Origin: a virus
Taxonomy: Duplodnaviria > Caudoviricetes
IMG/VR virus record: IMGVR_UViG_3300021387_000141
Coordinates: 1-64,000 of that record
Reading direction: 5' to 3' (one strand)
Length of the DNA: 64,000 nt
Shown here: piece by piece, positions 36,500-45,437 of the stretch
How the letters are laid out: each line of letters opens with the position of its first letter
Numbering within the stretch: the first letter of the stretch is position 1
Notes under the pieces: model-generated
Databases searched by the model: none
Told to the model about the DNA's origin: nothing
The model's input: the letters and a program-made list of their open reading frames with translations, nothing else
Program-made: the position numbers and the translations under genes

Positions 36500-36731
36500 T
36501 ATTTTCCCGAAACCGCAAGTAGTTTATACAAAATGGGTCCGTATCTGTAAAGTTACCGGATGCGGGCTAGATTGTATAGAATGTCCTTATGGCAAAACAG
36601 TTCGTGAAAACACCTGCTTTGATATTTGCCTGAAGGGCGATTGGGACTTATGGATGCACTACTACGATATGTCCAAGCCTTTGCTGCGCCGGTACATCGG
36701 ACCGTATGAATGGGAGAAAGACGAATGCTGA
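36486..36731 (+). CDS. Cys-rich hypothetical protein
   Basis: CKVTGCGLDCIECPYG..C..C. Confidence 0.55.
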   Translation: MQLFDIFPKPQVVYTKWVRICKVTGCGLDCIECPYGKTVRENTCFDICLKGDWDLWMHYYDMSKPLLRRYIGPYEWEKDEC

Positions 36732-36892
36732 TGCGGACATTACAAATATTGATGGAAATCAATTTAATGCTTTTTCTCATGACTTCTTTTGGCGCATACG
36801 TATTGAAAAGCGATGAATTCAAAGGCGCGACGATCATTCTGCTGATAGAGATGATCATTCTCGGCGGATGTTTATATTACGGAGGTGCATGA
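36725..36892 (+). CDS. Small two-helix membrane protein
   Basis: Two hydrophobic segments. Confidence 0.55.
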   Translation: MLMRTLQILMEINLMLFLMTSFGAYVLKSDEFKGATIILLIEMIILGGCLYYGGA

Positions 36893-36925
36893 CATGAAGC
36901 TTGTAAACCTGATTGAAGAGGTAAA

Positions 36926-37504
36926 ATGAGTTACTTGACAACAATGTGGAAACATTTTAAAACTGTATGCCGGCATAAGATATATGTTTTTCAGGAATGC
37001 CGGGCCTGCGGAATAACCTGGCAGGGGATAACACACGATCTATCCAAGTTCAGCTGGGTCGAGTTCGGTCCGGCCGCAAGATATTTTCAGGGGAACCGGA
37101 GTCCGATCGAGGCGGAAAAAGAAGATCTGGGATATTCCTTTGCCTGGCTGCATCACAAAGGCATCAATCCGCATCACTGGGAATTCTGGACTGATTTTGC
37201 GGAAGAAGACGGAAGCATCATCACCAACAAGATCCCGTTCAACTATGTTGTTGAGATGGTCTGTGATTGGGTCGGCGCCGGGAAAGCCTACCAGAAAGAA
37301 CAGTGGACCACAGATTCTCCGATGAATTATTTCATAAAGACGCGGAAAGGCCGCCATTTTCATCCGGACACGGAAGACCTGATTGTGCTGTTTTTGGACG
37401 GCATCAAATTTAAAGGTCTGGCTGAATTCCATAAAATGGCTAAATGTGAATCCCCTTATTCGTATTTGCGTGTTGATTACGAAGGGAAGTATTATATACC
37501 ATGA
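36926..37504 (+). CDS. DUF5662-like His-rich metal-binding (HD-like) protein
   Basis: RHK...HDLSKFS...WLHHKGINPHHWE...EMVCDWVGA. Confidence 0.65.
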   Translation: MSYLTTMWKHFKTVCRHKIYVFQECRACGITWQGITHDLSKFSWVEFGPAARYFQGNRSPIEAEKEDLGYSFAWLHHKGINPHHWEFWTDFAEEDGSIITNKIPFNYVVEMVCDWVGAGKAYQKEQWTTDSPMNYFIKTRKGRHFHPDTEDLIVLFLDGIKFKGLAEFHKMAKCESPYSYLRVDYEGKYYIP

Positions 37505-37719
37505 TATTTCTATATAATAAAGCAGCTAAGAAAAACGGAAAACTCTATTTAGGTACACAAAAGACTTTTTATTATCCAGAAGAATGCTATGATGCATTAC
37601 TGAAAGATATGAAAGATGGTGAAACCGTATACATTATCGAAAAACTACAGGAGTCATCCATTATTCATGATGTATGGGATGAAAAACAACAGGCAGAAGT
37701 TCGGGGAAAATTTGGATAA
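37501..37719 (+). CDS. Hypothetical protein
   Basis: Overlapping-stop coupling; intact ORF. Confidence 0.6.
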   Translation: MIFLYNKAAKKNGKLYLGTQKTFYYPEECYDALLKDMKDGETVYIIEKLQESSIIHDVWDEKQQAEVRGKFG

Positions 37720-37722
37720 GTT

Positions 37723-38286
37723 ATGAAATTAGTTAACTTAATTGAAGAAGATTTTACAAACTTTAAAAAGCCGGGGATGTTCCTCGGCTTTCCTTATTGT
37801 TCCGGTAAATGTAACAGCCCGGGAATGACCGTCTGTCAGAATGAGGAACTCCGCCATGTTCCGGAACGGGATCTGATTGATATTTCAGCAGAAGAAATCG
37901 TCGAACGATATGCTAAAAACCCGATCACAAAGTGTTTGATCATCGGCGGTTTAGAGCCTTTTGACAGTTTTGATGATCTTTGTGAAATTGTAAAAGCACT
38001 GCGACTTGCATGTTGGCGTAATATCGCAGACGAAAAAAATGGCCGCCTTTGGTGGTTGGATCCTATCGTGATCTATACCGGGTATTATCCATTTGAAATT
38101 AAAGATAAGATCAAAAAACTTTTAGAAAACAACCGATACAGAACGATGATCATTAAGTTCGGAAGATATATTCCCGGACATCAGCCGCATTATGATGAAG
38201 TTTTGGGAGTAAATCTCGCTTCTGATAATCAGTATGCATTAATGTATGCGGCATTCGACGGTGAGGAATGGGGCACTTTTATATGA
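37723..38286 (+). CDS. nrdG: Anaerobic RNR activating enzyme (radical SAM)
   Basis: CSGKC...CQN cluster motif; IIGGLEPF; IYTGY; NLASDNQ. Confidence 0.82.
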   Translation: MKLVNLIEEDFTNFKKPGMFLGFPYCSGKCNSPGMTVCQNEELRHVPERDLIDISAEEIVERYAKNPITKCLIIGGLEPFDSFDDLCEIVKALRLACWRNIADEKNGRLWWLDPIVIYTGYYPFEIKDKIKKLLENNRYRTMIIKFGRYIPGHQPHYDEVLGVNLASDNQYALMYAAFDGEEWGTFI

Positions 38287-38302
38287 CAGGGATTGATATT
38301 TC

Positions 38303-39481
38303 ATGATTGAACTTTACGACTACCAGGCGGATGCGGTTCGGCGCATGAAAAACGGCTGCATCCTCTGCGGTGGAGTCGGAAGCGGAAAATCCAGAACGGC
38401 ATTGGCCTATTATTTTACACAATACGGCGGAGATCTGAAAAAGCCCAAAAAGCTGAAAGGAGCTCCGCCTCTTTTTATTATCACAACGGCCCGCAAACGG
38501 GACACACAGGAGTGGGAGAAGGAACTGGAACCGTTTAATATTTCGGCGAAGGTGATCGATTCCTGGAATAAGATCAAAGATTACCGTGAGGTGGAAAATG
38601 GGTTCTTTATATTTGATGAGCAGCGTGTCGTGGGATATGGCACCTGGGCAAAAAGTTTCATCCGTATCGCCAGACATAACCGATGGATACTTCTTTCGGC
38701 CACGCCGGGAGACACCTGGTCTGACTATATACCTGTCTTCATCGCCAACGGATTTTACAAAAACAAATCTGAGTTTGTATCAAGACATGTTATATGGAGT
38801 CACTTCGCCAAGTTTCCAAAGATCGACCATTATGTCGGACAGGCCGTTCTGAACCGTTACCGGAAAGATATTCTGGTGACAATGGACTTTCATCGGGAAG
38901 CGGTGCAGCACCATGAAGATATCTGGTGCGAGTATGACCCACTGATTTATAAAAGTCTGATCAAGACACGCTGGGATCTTTTCAAAGAGAAACCGATGGA
39001 AAACGCCGGAGAGCTTTGTTATTGTCTCAGAAGGGTCGTAAATACGGACGACACCCGTGCACAGGAGATCCAACGCCTGACTAAACAGCACCCGAAGGTG
39101 ATCATTTTCTACAACTTTGACTATGAGCTGGAGCTGCTGAAAGATATTTCGTATACCCAAGGGACTACAGTCGCGGAATGGAACGGGCATAAGCATGAGC
39201 CGATTCCGGAGACGGACCGCTGGGTCTACCTGGTGCAGTATACCGCCGGATGCGAAGGCTGGAACTGCACGGAAACGGATACGATCATATTTTTCAGCCA
39301 GAATTATTCTTATAAAGTCATGCTGCAGGCGTCGGGACGCATCGACCGCCTGAACACGCCATTTAAAGATCTTTATTATTATCACCTGAAGTCGCACAGC
39401 AGCATCGACCTGGCGATCCTCAAAGCGCTGAAGCTGAAAAAGAATTTTAACGAAAAAAGTTTCGTCGAAGGATCGCAATAA
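38303..39481 (+). CDS. Superfamily 2 DNA helicase
   Basis: LYDYQ Q-motif, GVGSGKS Walker A, FDEQ, LSATP, QASGRIDR motif VI. Confidence 0.88.
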   Translation: MIELYDYQADAVRRMKNGCILCGGVGSGKSRTALAYYFTQYGGDLKKPKKLKGAPPLFIITTARKRDTQEWEKELEPFNISAKVIDSWNKIKDYREVENGFFIFDEQRVVGYGTWAKSFIRIARHNRWILLSATPGDTWSDYIPVFIANGFYKNKSEFVSRHVIWSHFAKFPKIDHYVGQAVLNRYRKDILVTMDFHREAVQHHEDIWCEYDPLIYKSLIKTRWDLFKEKPMENAGELCYCLRRVVNTDDTRAQEIQRLTKQHPKVIIFYNFDYELELLKDISYTQGTTVAEWNGHKHEPIPETDRWVYLVQYTAGCEGWNCTETDTIIFFSQNYSYKVMLQASGRIDRLNTPFKDLYYYHLKSHSSIDLAILKALKLKKNFNEKSFVEGSQ

Positions 39482-39498
39482 GAACATCTCCTCATATG
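39473..39498 (+). promoter_or_regulatory. Phage promoter-like motif
   Basis: tcgc aataaga aca tctcct catatg (overlaps the helicase stop). Confidence 0.7.
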
Positions 39499-39512
39499 AA
39501 AGGAGATTAAAA

Positions 39513-39632
39513 ATGAAAAATTTTATAATTGATGCTATCATCGTGATGGCATTTTTATACTTTTTATTGTTGTGCTCCGGTTTATTGCCGGAGACTTTAA
39601 ATTGGTTTAATTTAAACCCCAGCCTTTGGTAA
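39513..39632 (+). CDS. 39-aa membrane peptide (not in ORF track)
   Basis: RBS gaaaggag; MKNFIIDAIIVMAFLYFLLLCSGLLPETLNWFNLNPSLW. Confidence 0.65.
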   Translation: MKNFIIDAIIVMAFLYFLLLCSGLLPETLNWFNLNPSLW

Positions 39633-39655
39633 AAAGAGCTGGGGCTCTTAAATTT

Positions 39656-39681
39656 TCGCATAAATAACATATGCTAATATG
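39656..39681 (+). promoter_or_regulatory. Phage promoter-like motif
   Basis: tcgc ataaata aca tatgct aatatg. Confidence 0.65.
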
Positions 39682-39886
39682 GAAAACTAATTTGTAGTTT
39701 TTTGTAAATATGAGCCGAGTAGCAAGCTGCTGTGAAAGGCTGGAAGTATAGTATGCAGCGGTTTATTTTGTAAATTCCGGTACAAAATAAATGCGAATTA
39801 TCCCGGAATAGTACTGTAATTTATGTGGTTTTAGCAGTACTGGATATATAAACCACAAATGAATAAGAGCCCTTCATGGGCTCTTA
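39682..39886 (+). ncRNA. Candidate structured RNA with two tandem H-type pseudoknots
   Basis: No RBS-led ORF between promoter 39656 and terminator 39866-39885; pairings listed under findings. Confidence 0.6.
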
Positions 39887-39891
39887 AAATT

Positions 39892-39917
39892 TCGCAGGAT
39901 TTGCATCTCCTAAAATG
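39892..39917 (+). promoter_or_regulatory. Phage promoter-like motif
   Basis: tcgc aggattt gca tctcct aaaatg. Confidence 0.75.
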
Positions 39918-39957
39918 GAGGACAAAAGTCCTCTAAAAATTTTTTAGGAGAAAAAAA

Positions 39958-40404
39958 ATGGAAAAAATTCAAAATATTGTTGTTTTGATCGCTGCGGTGA
40001 TCATTGTGCTGTTTGCGATCTATAAGGTCGCGGAAAACATTGCAGGTTTTATTGCCCGCAAAATTGTAGAAAAGCGTTCACAAAATGAACGCATTAACAA
40101 AAAGCTTGATTGTCAATGGACGACGATCAAAGAAATAAAAAAAGAAATCCTTGCTCTCCAACAGGAGAATAAGAAACATTGGTCTGTAGTTAACGGTGTG
40201 AATGCCACCGTTCTGCGAACAGAAAAAGCTTTGAAAGAAGCTTATGATCCCGATAATTTTTATACTTATCGGATGAATAAAACAGAATTTGGAACCTTTC
40301 TCGCGAAATGCGAGGAATGGCTCAACCGTCTTGAAAAAGACGGAACAATTGATTTGGAAGATATTAAAGAAAATCTTTCAAAGGAAGAAAAACCCGCTGA
40401 ATAA
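39958..40404 (+). CDS. Membrane-anchored coiled-coil protein (cassette ORF)
   Basis: IVVLIAAVIIVLFAIY anchor; RBS aggag. Confidence 0.72.
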   Translation: MEKIQNIVVLIAAVIIVLFAIYKVAENIAGFIARKIVEKRSQNERINKKLDCQWTTIKEIKKEILALQQENKKHWSVVNGVNATVLRTEKALKEAYDPDNFYTYRMNKTEFGTFLAKCEEWLNRLEKDGTIDLEDIKENLSKEEKPAE

Positions 40405-40415
40405 GCAGGTAAAAA

Positions 40416-40440
40416 AGAGTCCGCAAGGACTCTTAAATTT
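40416..40440 (+). terminator. Intrinsic terminator of cassette family
   Basis: aagagtcc-gcaa-ggactctt. Confidence 0.7.
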
Positions 40441-40466
40441 TCGCGTAAATTACAGCTCCTGTAATG
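40441..40466 (+). promoter_or_regulatory. Phage promoter-like motif
   Basis: tcgc gtaaatt aca gctcct gtaatg. Confidence 0.75.
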
Positions 40467-40509
40467 AGAGGACATGGATGATCCTCTTATTAATTTATAG
40501 GAGTAAATT

Positions 40510-40710
40510 ATGAGAAATATTTTAGGTATAATCGCAGGCGCGATTGGATTATTAATAGCTATTTATAATATAAAAAGTTATTATAATGAAATTAAAAAGA
40601 TTCAGGAAACTGATAAATCAATAAAAGATATGGATTTGCAATTAGAAATGTTGCTTAAATCATGTACATTATATGATTATAAAAAAGATACGGCAGTATC
40701 TGATAAATAA
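40510..40710 (+). CDS. Small membrane-anchored protein (cassette ORF)
   Basis: ILGIIAGAIGLLIAIY; RBS aggag. Confidence 0.7.
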   Translation: MRNILGIIAGAIGLLIAIYNIKSYYNEIKKIQETDKSIKDMDLQLEMLLKSCTLYDYKKDTAVSDK

Positions 40711-40743
40711 TTAATAAAAAGAGTCCGCAAGGGCTCTTATTTT

Positions 40744-40769
40744 TCGCATAAATTACAACTCCTATAATG
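40744..40769 (+). promoter_or_regulatory. Phage promoter-like motif
   Basis: tcgc ataaatt aca actcct ataatg. Confidence 0.75.
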
Positions 40770-40816
40770 AGAGGACACGGATGATCCTCTTATTATTTTT
40801 AAAAAAGGAGATAATT

Positions 40817-41356
40817 GTGGGAATTTGGACTCACACTAATAATATTGTTAAAGTCGATTGCAAAAATAAAATCGATGATTTTTCCGAATACTTTGGAAAA
40901 GAAATTGTATATATGGTACATTCAGAGAATTACAGGAATAAAAAAACATGGAAAATTGATTGGGATCGATATGATCTCGCTAAGAAAAAAGAATTTGAAA
41001 GCCATAAAAAACTATGGGATGAATATAAAGTGCATCCCGAATTGTTTCTGCCTATGGGCAGTGAAGGAAGTCTGCATTTAAAAAGCAGGCTGCTAACAAG
41101 AGTGAAAAATTCTTTATACCCTTACCGGTATAAAGTTGAAATTTATGGTGATCTTCGCGATCACTATGATGTAGAGGAAGTTATTGACTGCATCCGAAAT
41201 GGAGTCAATAAATTAAAAGCGCGGCATGACTGTTGTATATCAACAGAGGCCAACGTTCGTAATTATTTGGACGGAATGGCATCGTATAAATTTGAAGATG
41301 CTTATTTTCGTAATAAAGATTTCTATAAAATCAGGGAGCCTTATAAAGGATCCTGA
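40817..41356 (+). CDS. Hypothetical protein (GTG start)
   Basis: RBS aaaggag upstream of 40817; terminator agccctaacaagggct follows. Confidence 0.7.
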   Translation: MGIWTHTNNIVKVDCKNKIDDFSEYFGKEIVYMVHSENYRNKKTWKIDWDRYDLAKKKEFESHKKLWDEYKVHPELFLPMGSEGSLHLKSRLLTRVKNSLYPYRYKVEIYGDLRDHYDVEEVIDCIRNGVNKLKARHDCCISTEANVRNYLDGMASYKFEDAYFRNKDFYKIREPYKGS

Positions 41357-41402
41357 TTATGAAAGCCCTAACAAGGGCTATTTATTTTTTTCTGAGGAGC
41401 CA

Positions 41403-41606
41403 ATGAAGAGAGTTTATTTGGTATTGTACAGTCCGTTTTGGAATGGAATGATTGCACCGGAATGTATTGAAAAAGCATTCGCATCTAAACATATGGCAGA
41501 AGAATATATTCATGATCAGTGTATTAAATGTGGCTGCGACAGATCCTCTTATGAAATTTACAGTATTAATGTAGAAAATTCATCGCGATATGAACAAAGC
41601 CTTTAA
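41403..41606 (+). CDS. Small hypothetical protein
   Basis: RBS gaggag; MKRVYLVLY...KAFASKHMAEEYI. Confidence 0.6.
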   Translation: MKRVYLVLYSPFWNGMIAPECIEKAFASKHMAEEYIHDQCIKCGCDRSSYEIYSINVENSSRYEQSL

Positions 41607-41608
41607 TA
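41583..41608 (+). promoter_or_regulatory. Phage promoter-like motif
   Basis: tcgc gatatga aca aagcct ttaata. Confidence 0.65.
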
Positions 41609-41742
41609 GAGAAAGAGAAAGGTCGTAAGGACGCATCAAAGGACTGAACACCCATTGATGAACGGATCACTGTCAAAGTTCAGGGCAGTATTCGTACAAG
41701 AGGGAATTACGGCCCCTTGAGTATCAGGTACTTTTATTTTTT
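41609..41742 (+). ncRNA. Candidate non-coding cassette RNA
   Basis: Between two promoter motifs, no well-spaced RBS-ATG; stems ctgaac/gttcag, gtc-gtaag-gac, caag.ggg/ccc.cttg; ends in a T run. Confidence 0.35.
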
Positions 41743-41745
41743 CAA

Positions 41746-41771
41746 TCGCGATTTAAACAGCTCCTTTAATG
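41746..41771 (+). promoter_or_regulatory. Phage promoter-like motif
   Basis: tcgc gatttaa aca gctcct ttaatg. Confidence 0.75.
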
Positions 41772-41815
41772 AAGAGAGACAAGCAGTCTCTCTAATTTTT
41801 TAAAGGAGATAAAAA

Positions 41816-42052
41816 ATGAAAAAGATTAATTTAATTTATGGATGCATTCTGCATCCAGAAAAAAATGTCGTAAAAATTATTGCCGGCAAAATTCTGTCGG
41901 CTTTGATTGGATACAAAATTTGGGGCGTTTTTGCCTCAAACAAACGGTGCTATGCATTTGGCACCAAAAAACAGGCGATTAATTTCGCCAAAGCAATCTG
42001 GGATTGTAATGGACACAATCCTGTAATAGTAGTGGAACAACACTACTATTAA
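41816..42052 (+). CDS. Small hypothetical protein (cassette ORF)
   Basis: RBS aaaggag. Confidence 0.7.
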   Translation: MKKINLIYGCILHPEKNVVKIIAGKILSALIGYKIWGVFASNKRCYAFGTKKQAINFAKAIWDCNGHNPVIVVEQHYY

Positions 42053-42066
42053 ATAAAAATTTAAAA

Positions 42067-42090
42067 AGGAGTCTTACAAAGACTCCTGAA
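42067..42090 (+). terminator. Terminator-like hairpin duplicated at 42361
   Basis: aggagtct-tacaa-agactcct, identical copy at 42362-42382. Confidence 0.6.
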
Positions 42091-42102
42091 TTTCGTGTAG
42101 AT

Positions 42103-42128
42103 TCGCAAAATTTACAGCTCCTTTAATG
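42103..42128 (+). promoter_or_regulatory. Phage promoter-like motif
   Basis: tcgc aaaattt aca gctcct ttaatg. Confidence 0.75.
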
Positions 42129-42170
42129 AAGAGAGACAAGCAGTCTCTCTAAATTTTTAAGGAGATAAAA

Positions 42171-42356
42171 ATGGAAGTTTTAAAAACAGAACAGCTCCCT
42201 GATGGGAGCAAAAAGTATTATTTTGTGGATGGTACATCGACCATCCTGTCTAAGGAATTTCTCGCACGTTGCGAGAAAATTAGTCGGAAAAACCCGTCCG
42301 TTGGACGGAAGAACGCGAATTGCCCCAGAATGAGGGCAATAGTTGTAAATAAATAA
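42171..42356 (+). CDS. Small hypothetical protein (cassette ORF)
   Basis: RBS aaggag. Confidence 0.7.
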   Translation: MEVLKTEQLPDGSKKYYFVDGTSTILSKEFLARCEKISRKNPSVGRKNANCPRMRAIVVNK

Positions 42357-42431
42357 AAATAAGGAGTCTTACAAAGACTCCTAAAATTTTTGTTATACTT
42401 GTTTCATAGAAAAGGAGCAAAAGATGTAGAA

Positions 42432-42713
42432 ATGATTAATAAATGGCTATGTTGTTTACTTGTTTTAATTGCATTTGGGTTAGGAGCATTGCTTGTTGCA
42501 ATATATCATAAAAAAGCATATGAAAAAGGCGTTCAGGATGGAAAGAATCTTGTCATGAATGAATGGGTTCAATATATGACCCCGGAAGAAGTGATAGATA
42601 TTTGCCATGAATTTTTGGAAGATGATGATCATTGTCCTTTACTATTAATTCGACCGGATAAATACGATTATATTGATGGTCATGGTGAAGGCATACAAAA
42701 GATATTTCAATAA
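42432..42713 (+). CDS. Membrane-anchored hypothetical protein
   Basis: WLCCLLVLIAFGLGALLVAIY. Confidence 0.65.
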   Translation: MINKWLCCLLVLIAFGLGALLVAIYHKKAYEKGVQDGKNLVMNEWVQYMTPEEVIDICHEFLEDDDHCPLLLIRPDKYDYIDGHGEGIQKIFQ

Positions 42714-42783
42714 ACCTCATACTCACTGATCTTTAGAACAGCTCGCATTACGCGGGCTTTTTTATTTAATCGAAAGGAAACAA

Positions 42784-43638
42784 ATGACTAGTTTTATCTC
42801 TATGCTGGGCGGCGCGGATGCCAAATCGATCGAAGCCAAATTCAATGATATTTCTGAGAATCTGAACGTGCTTTCTTCCAGAATTGCTGAGCTGGATGCA
42901 GTTGTGACTAAGCTGGACAAATACACGATGAATCTGGAAGCCGGTATTCGCAATAACGAGATCTGCTGCACTGAACTGAAGCAAAAATACAGCAGCGAAG
43001 GCCTGACCAAGCGGGTTGATGACGTCGATCGCATGGTCCGGTATTTCCAATCCTCTCACGGCAAGGTACTGAATGATATTCGGGACCTGAAAAAGGAACT
43101 CCATGGTTTGTACGGACGCCAGTGCCCGCCCCCACAGGAAGAACTGGATAAATCCATCGCGAAGGACAACAGCGAGATCCTGCTGAGTGATATTATTACG
43201 AACCTGATTCCGGAATACCATGAACGCGGATGTGTATTAAAAGCCATGAAACGAAATGGTTGGAAGACCGTTTCCGATCTGCTGGCGGTTCCTTATTCTC
43301 AGCTTCCGGACAGGCCATGGCTCGGTAAGAAAGTCCTTGCAGTTTTTCAGTGCATTTACGAACAATACGGGAAGATCGACCCGAAGGCCGTATCGGATGA
43401 TATTCCGGACACGGATCTGAAAAAGGCAATCTTTGACATGGAAGGCAGCACCAAGACCAAATCCAGGGTCTATAACATGCTGAAAAAAGAGGGCATTTTT
43501 ACGCTTGAACAGCTGGCGCAGAAATCCTTGCTGCAGTTATGCACGGATCATCCCGATTTTCGTAAAGGCCGTGCAGGCGATCTTTTGTCGGCTGTTTATA
43601 CCAAATACATCTGGACCGAAGGAGAAAAGGATGCGTAA
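42784..43638 (+). CDS. Coiled-coil protein with two C-terminal RNAP alpha-CTD-like domains
   Basis: CVLKAMKRNGWKTVSDLLAVPYSQL..RPWLGKK and RVYNMLKKEGIFTLEQLAQKSLLQL. Confidence 0.65.
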   Translation: MTSFISMLGGADAKSIEAKFNDISENLNVLSSRIAELDAVVTKLDKYTMNLEAGIRNNEICCTELKQKYSSEGLTKRVDDVDRMVRYFQSSHGKVLNDIRDLKKELHGLYGRQCPPPQEELDKSIAKDNSEILLSDIITNLIPEYHERGCVLKAMKRNGWKTVSDLLAVPYSQLPDRPWLGKKVLAVFQCIYEQYGKIDPKAVSDDIPDTDLKKAIFDMEGSTKTKSRVYNMLKKEGIFTLEQLAQKSLLQLCTDHPDFRKGRAGDLLSAVYTKYIWTEGEKDA

Positions 43639-43879
43639 TTTTTTCAAAGGCTTTTGGGAATATCTCAAAAACTGGGCATGGTCTTTGTTTGCCATGGCTT
43701 TATGGATGTTCGTCGGGATCGTGATCAGCTTGTTTTGTGTCTGGTACGGAATTATCGGCACCGGACCGGTGTTTATGATTGACCCCAAATTCATTGATTT
43801 TCTCCGGGAAGCTGCCGACAAAAGTGAGGAGCTCCGAAAGAAACGTTTAGAAGAGGAAATTGAAAATGAAGAAAATTAA
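43631..43879 (+). CDS. Membrane protein
   Basis: WAWSLFAMALWMFVGIVISLFCVWYGII. Confidence 0.65.
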   Translation: MRNFFKGFWEYLKNWAWSLFAMALWMFVGIVISLFCVWYGIIGTGPVFMIDPKFIDFLREAADKSEELRKKRLEEEIENEEN

Positions 43880-44090
43880 AAGCTATTTAAGAAACTGGAT
43901 GGATTTTCTGACTATGAGCTTTCTATTGTTTGTCCTAAGTTTCATGGACTTCATCACTGGATTTTTTGCTGCACTTACCAACAATCAGGGCTGGTGGTAT
44001 CGTATAGTTCATATTTATAAAAATATGGGTGATCGTATGTATGCGGTTATGGAAAAGGAGAAGGAAGATGGAAACGATGAAACCATTTGA
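43866..44090 (+). CDS. Membrane protein
   Basis: FLTMSFLLFVLSFMDFITGFFAAL. Confidence 0.6.
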   Translation: MKKIKSYLRNWMDFLTMSFLLFVLSFMDFITGFFAALTNNQGWWYRIVHIYKNMGDRMYAVMEKEKEDGNDETI

Positions 44091-44475
44091 TTTTTGGGTC
44101 GAATACGGTCCTGAAGGCAAACTTCAGACAATCAGCTTTATGGATATTTCATTGACCGATGCTTTATCGGCGCTCCTTTTTTTGAAAAACACGGAACCCT
44201 GTGATTCAGAACCCAACCCGGAAGCCCGTCCGAAATCGATTTTTGAAAACCCGATGGTGGCGGTTAAAGACTACATCGGAAAGTATCCCGTTTGCTATTT
44301 TACGCCGCAGGGTCAGTATTTTGAAGTCAAGACTTATTTACCGAAAGATAAAGGCTGGATCTGCCATTTGATGACCTATACCGGAAACGATAACGACGGT
44401 TATCGCTGGTACCATGCCGATGACAGCATTTATATTTACGATGCTTATCTCACATTGGTTCGTAAGGAGGGGTAA
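44068..44475 (+). CDS. Hypothetical protein
   Basis: RBS aaggag; intact ORF. Confidence 0.65.
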   Translation: METMKPFDFWVEYGPEGKLQTISFMDISLTDALSALLFLKNTEPCDSEPNPEARPKSIFENPMVAVKDYIGKYPVCYFTPQGQYFEVKTYLPKDKGWICHLMTYTGNDNDGYRWYHADDSIYIYDAYLTLVRKEG

Positions 44476-44759
44476 TGGAACCTACAATGATTGCTGTATC
44501 CGGCGAGGAATCCCGGATCATTTCGATCGAAGATCAATATTATGTGATCACCGATTACAAAACTGCCGCGGACATGGAAGAAGAAAACTGGCACGCATTC
44601 AAAGTCGTGCGCTTTAATAATTCCTGGTGGCAGCCGCAGCTGAACGAGCGGTATTTGATCAACCGGGAAACGCTGGAGATCACGGACGATCCCCGGGAAT
44701 ATTATGAAGAGCCGGTTATTCCGGATGAACCTGTTGAAGAAGAGGAGCCCAATGAATAG
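44475..44759 (+). CDS. Hypothetical acidic protein
   Basis: RBS aaggagg; TAATG coupling. Confidence 0.7.
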   Translation: MEPTMIAVSGEESRIISIEDQYYVITDYKTAADMEEENWHAFKVVRFNNSWWQPQLNERYLINRETLEITDDPREYYEEPVIPDEPVEEEEPNE

Positions 44760-45063
44760 TTATCTGATCGCAGCCTGTGTTCCGTTAGCTGTTTTGGTAT
44801 TAGAACTGTTAAGTGAACAATACAACCTTCGGAAAAAGAATCGTGAAATATCGGAAGATATTTTTAATATCAGTTCTGAAATGACAGATTTGAGAATGTT
44901 TTATGACCGGCAGCAGAAAGAGCTGACGAAATTGCGCGCAGAGCTGGAAAAAGTCAGCAATGAACTCGTTGGGACGAAAGAGATGATCACCCAGATGCAG
45001 GAGAACTACGGCCGGTTTTTCGGCGACGCGCAGATCGAAGGACAGTATAAACTTCACTTTTAA
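44752..45063 (+). CDS. Membrane-anchored coiled-coil protein
   Basis: RBS aggag; YLIAACVPLAVLVL then coiled coil. Confidence 0.65.
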   Translation: MNSYLIAACVPLAVLVLELLSEQYNLRKKNREISEDIFNISSEMTDLRMFYDRQQKELTKLRAELEKVSNELVGTKEMITQMQENYGRFFGDAQIEGQYKLHF

Positions 45064-45064
45064 T

Positions 45065-45090
45065 TCGCAGGATTTACAAAGCCTATATTG
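45065..45090 (+). promoter_or_regulatory. Phage promoter-like motif
   Basis: tcgc aggattt aca aagcct atattg. Confidence 0.75.
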
Positions 45091-45136
45091 AGCAGACATG
45101 GATGATCTGCTCTTTATTTTTAAATAGGAGAAAAAA

Positions 45137-45355
45137 GTGGAAACTATTGTTGTAGTTTGTGCTGTTGTCGCTACTGCGACATTTGTTGTTAAAACAATCG
45201 TTTCCTGGATTAAATCCGGGAAATACGAAAAGGAAGCGGCTTTGCGCCGCAAAGAAAATGAAACGCGAAGGGCGACCTTCGCAGAAGCCAGGCTGAACCG
45301 CCTGGAAGAAAAACTGAAAGAAAAAGAAAATGTCAATGAGGACATTGATTGGTAA
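45137..45355 (+). CDS. Small membrane-anchored protein (cassette ORF, GTG start)
   Basis: IVVVCAVVATATFVV; RBS aggag; terminator gagtccgcaagggctc follows. Confidence 0.7.
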   Translation: METIVVVCAVVATATFVVKTIVSWIKSGKYEKEAALRRKENETRRATFAEARLNRLEEKLKEKENVNEDIDW

Positions 45356-45437
45356 ATGAAAAGAGAGTCCGCAAGGGCTCTTATTTTTTTCAATCGCTGG
45401 CTGACCACAAGTCACCAGCCACTAAAGGAGAAATCTT

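Noticed and set aside
45393-45420. Additional promoter motif at 45393
   Set aside because: TCGC and CA are present but the invariant CT is missing; better explained as a tggctg/cagcca leader hairpin.
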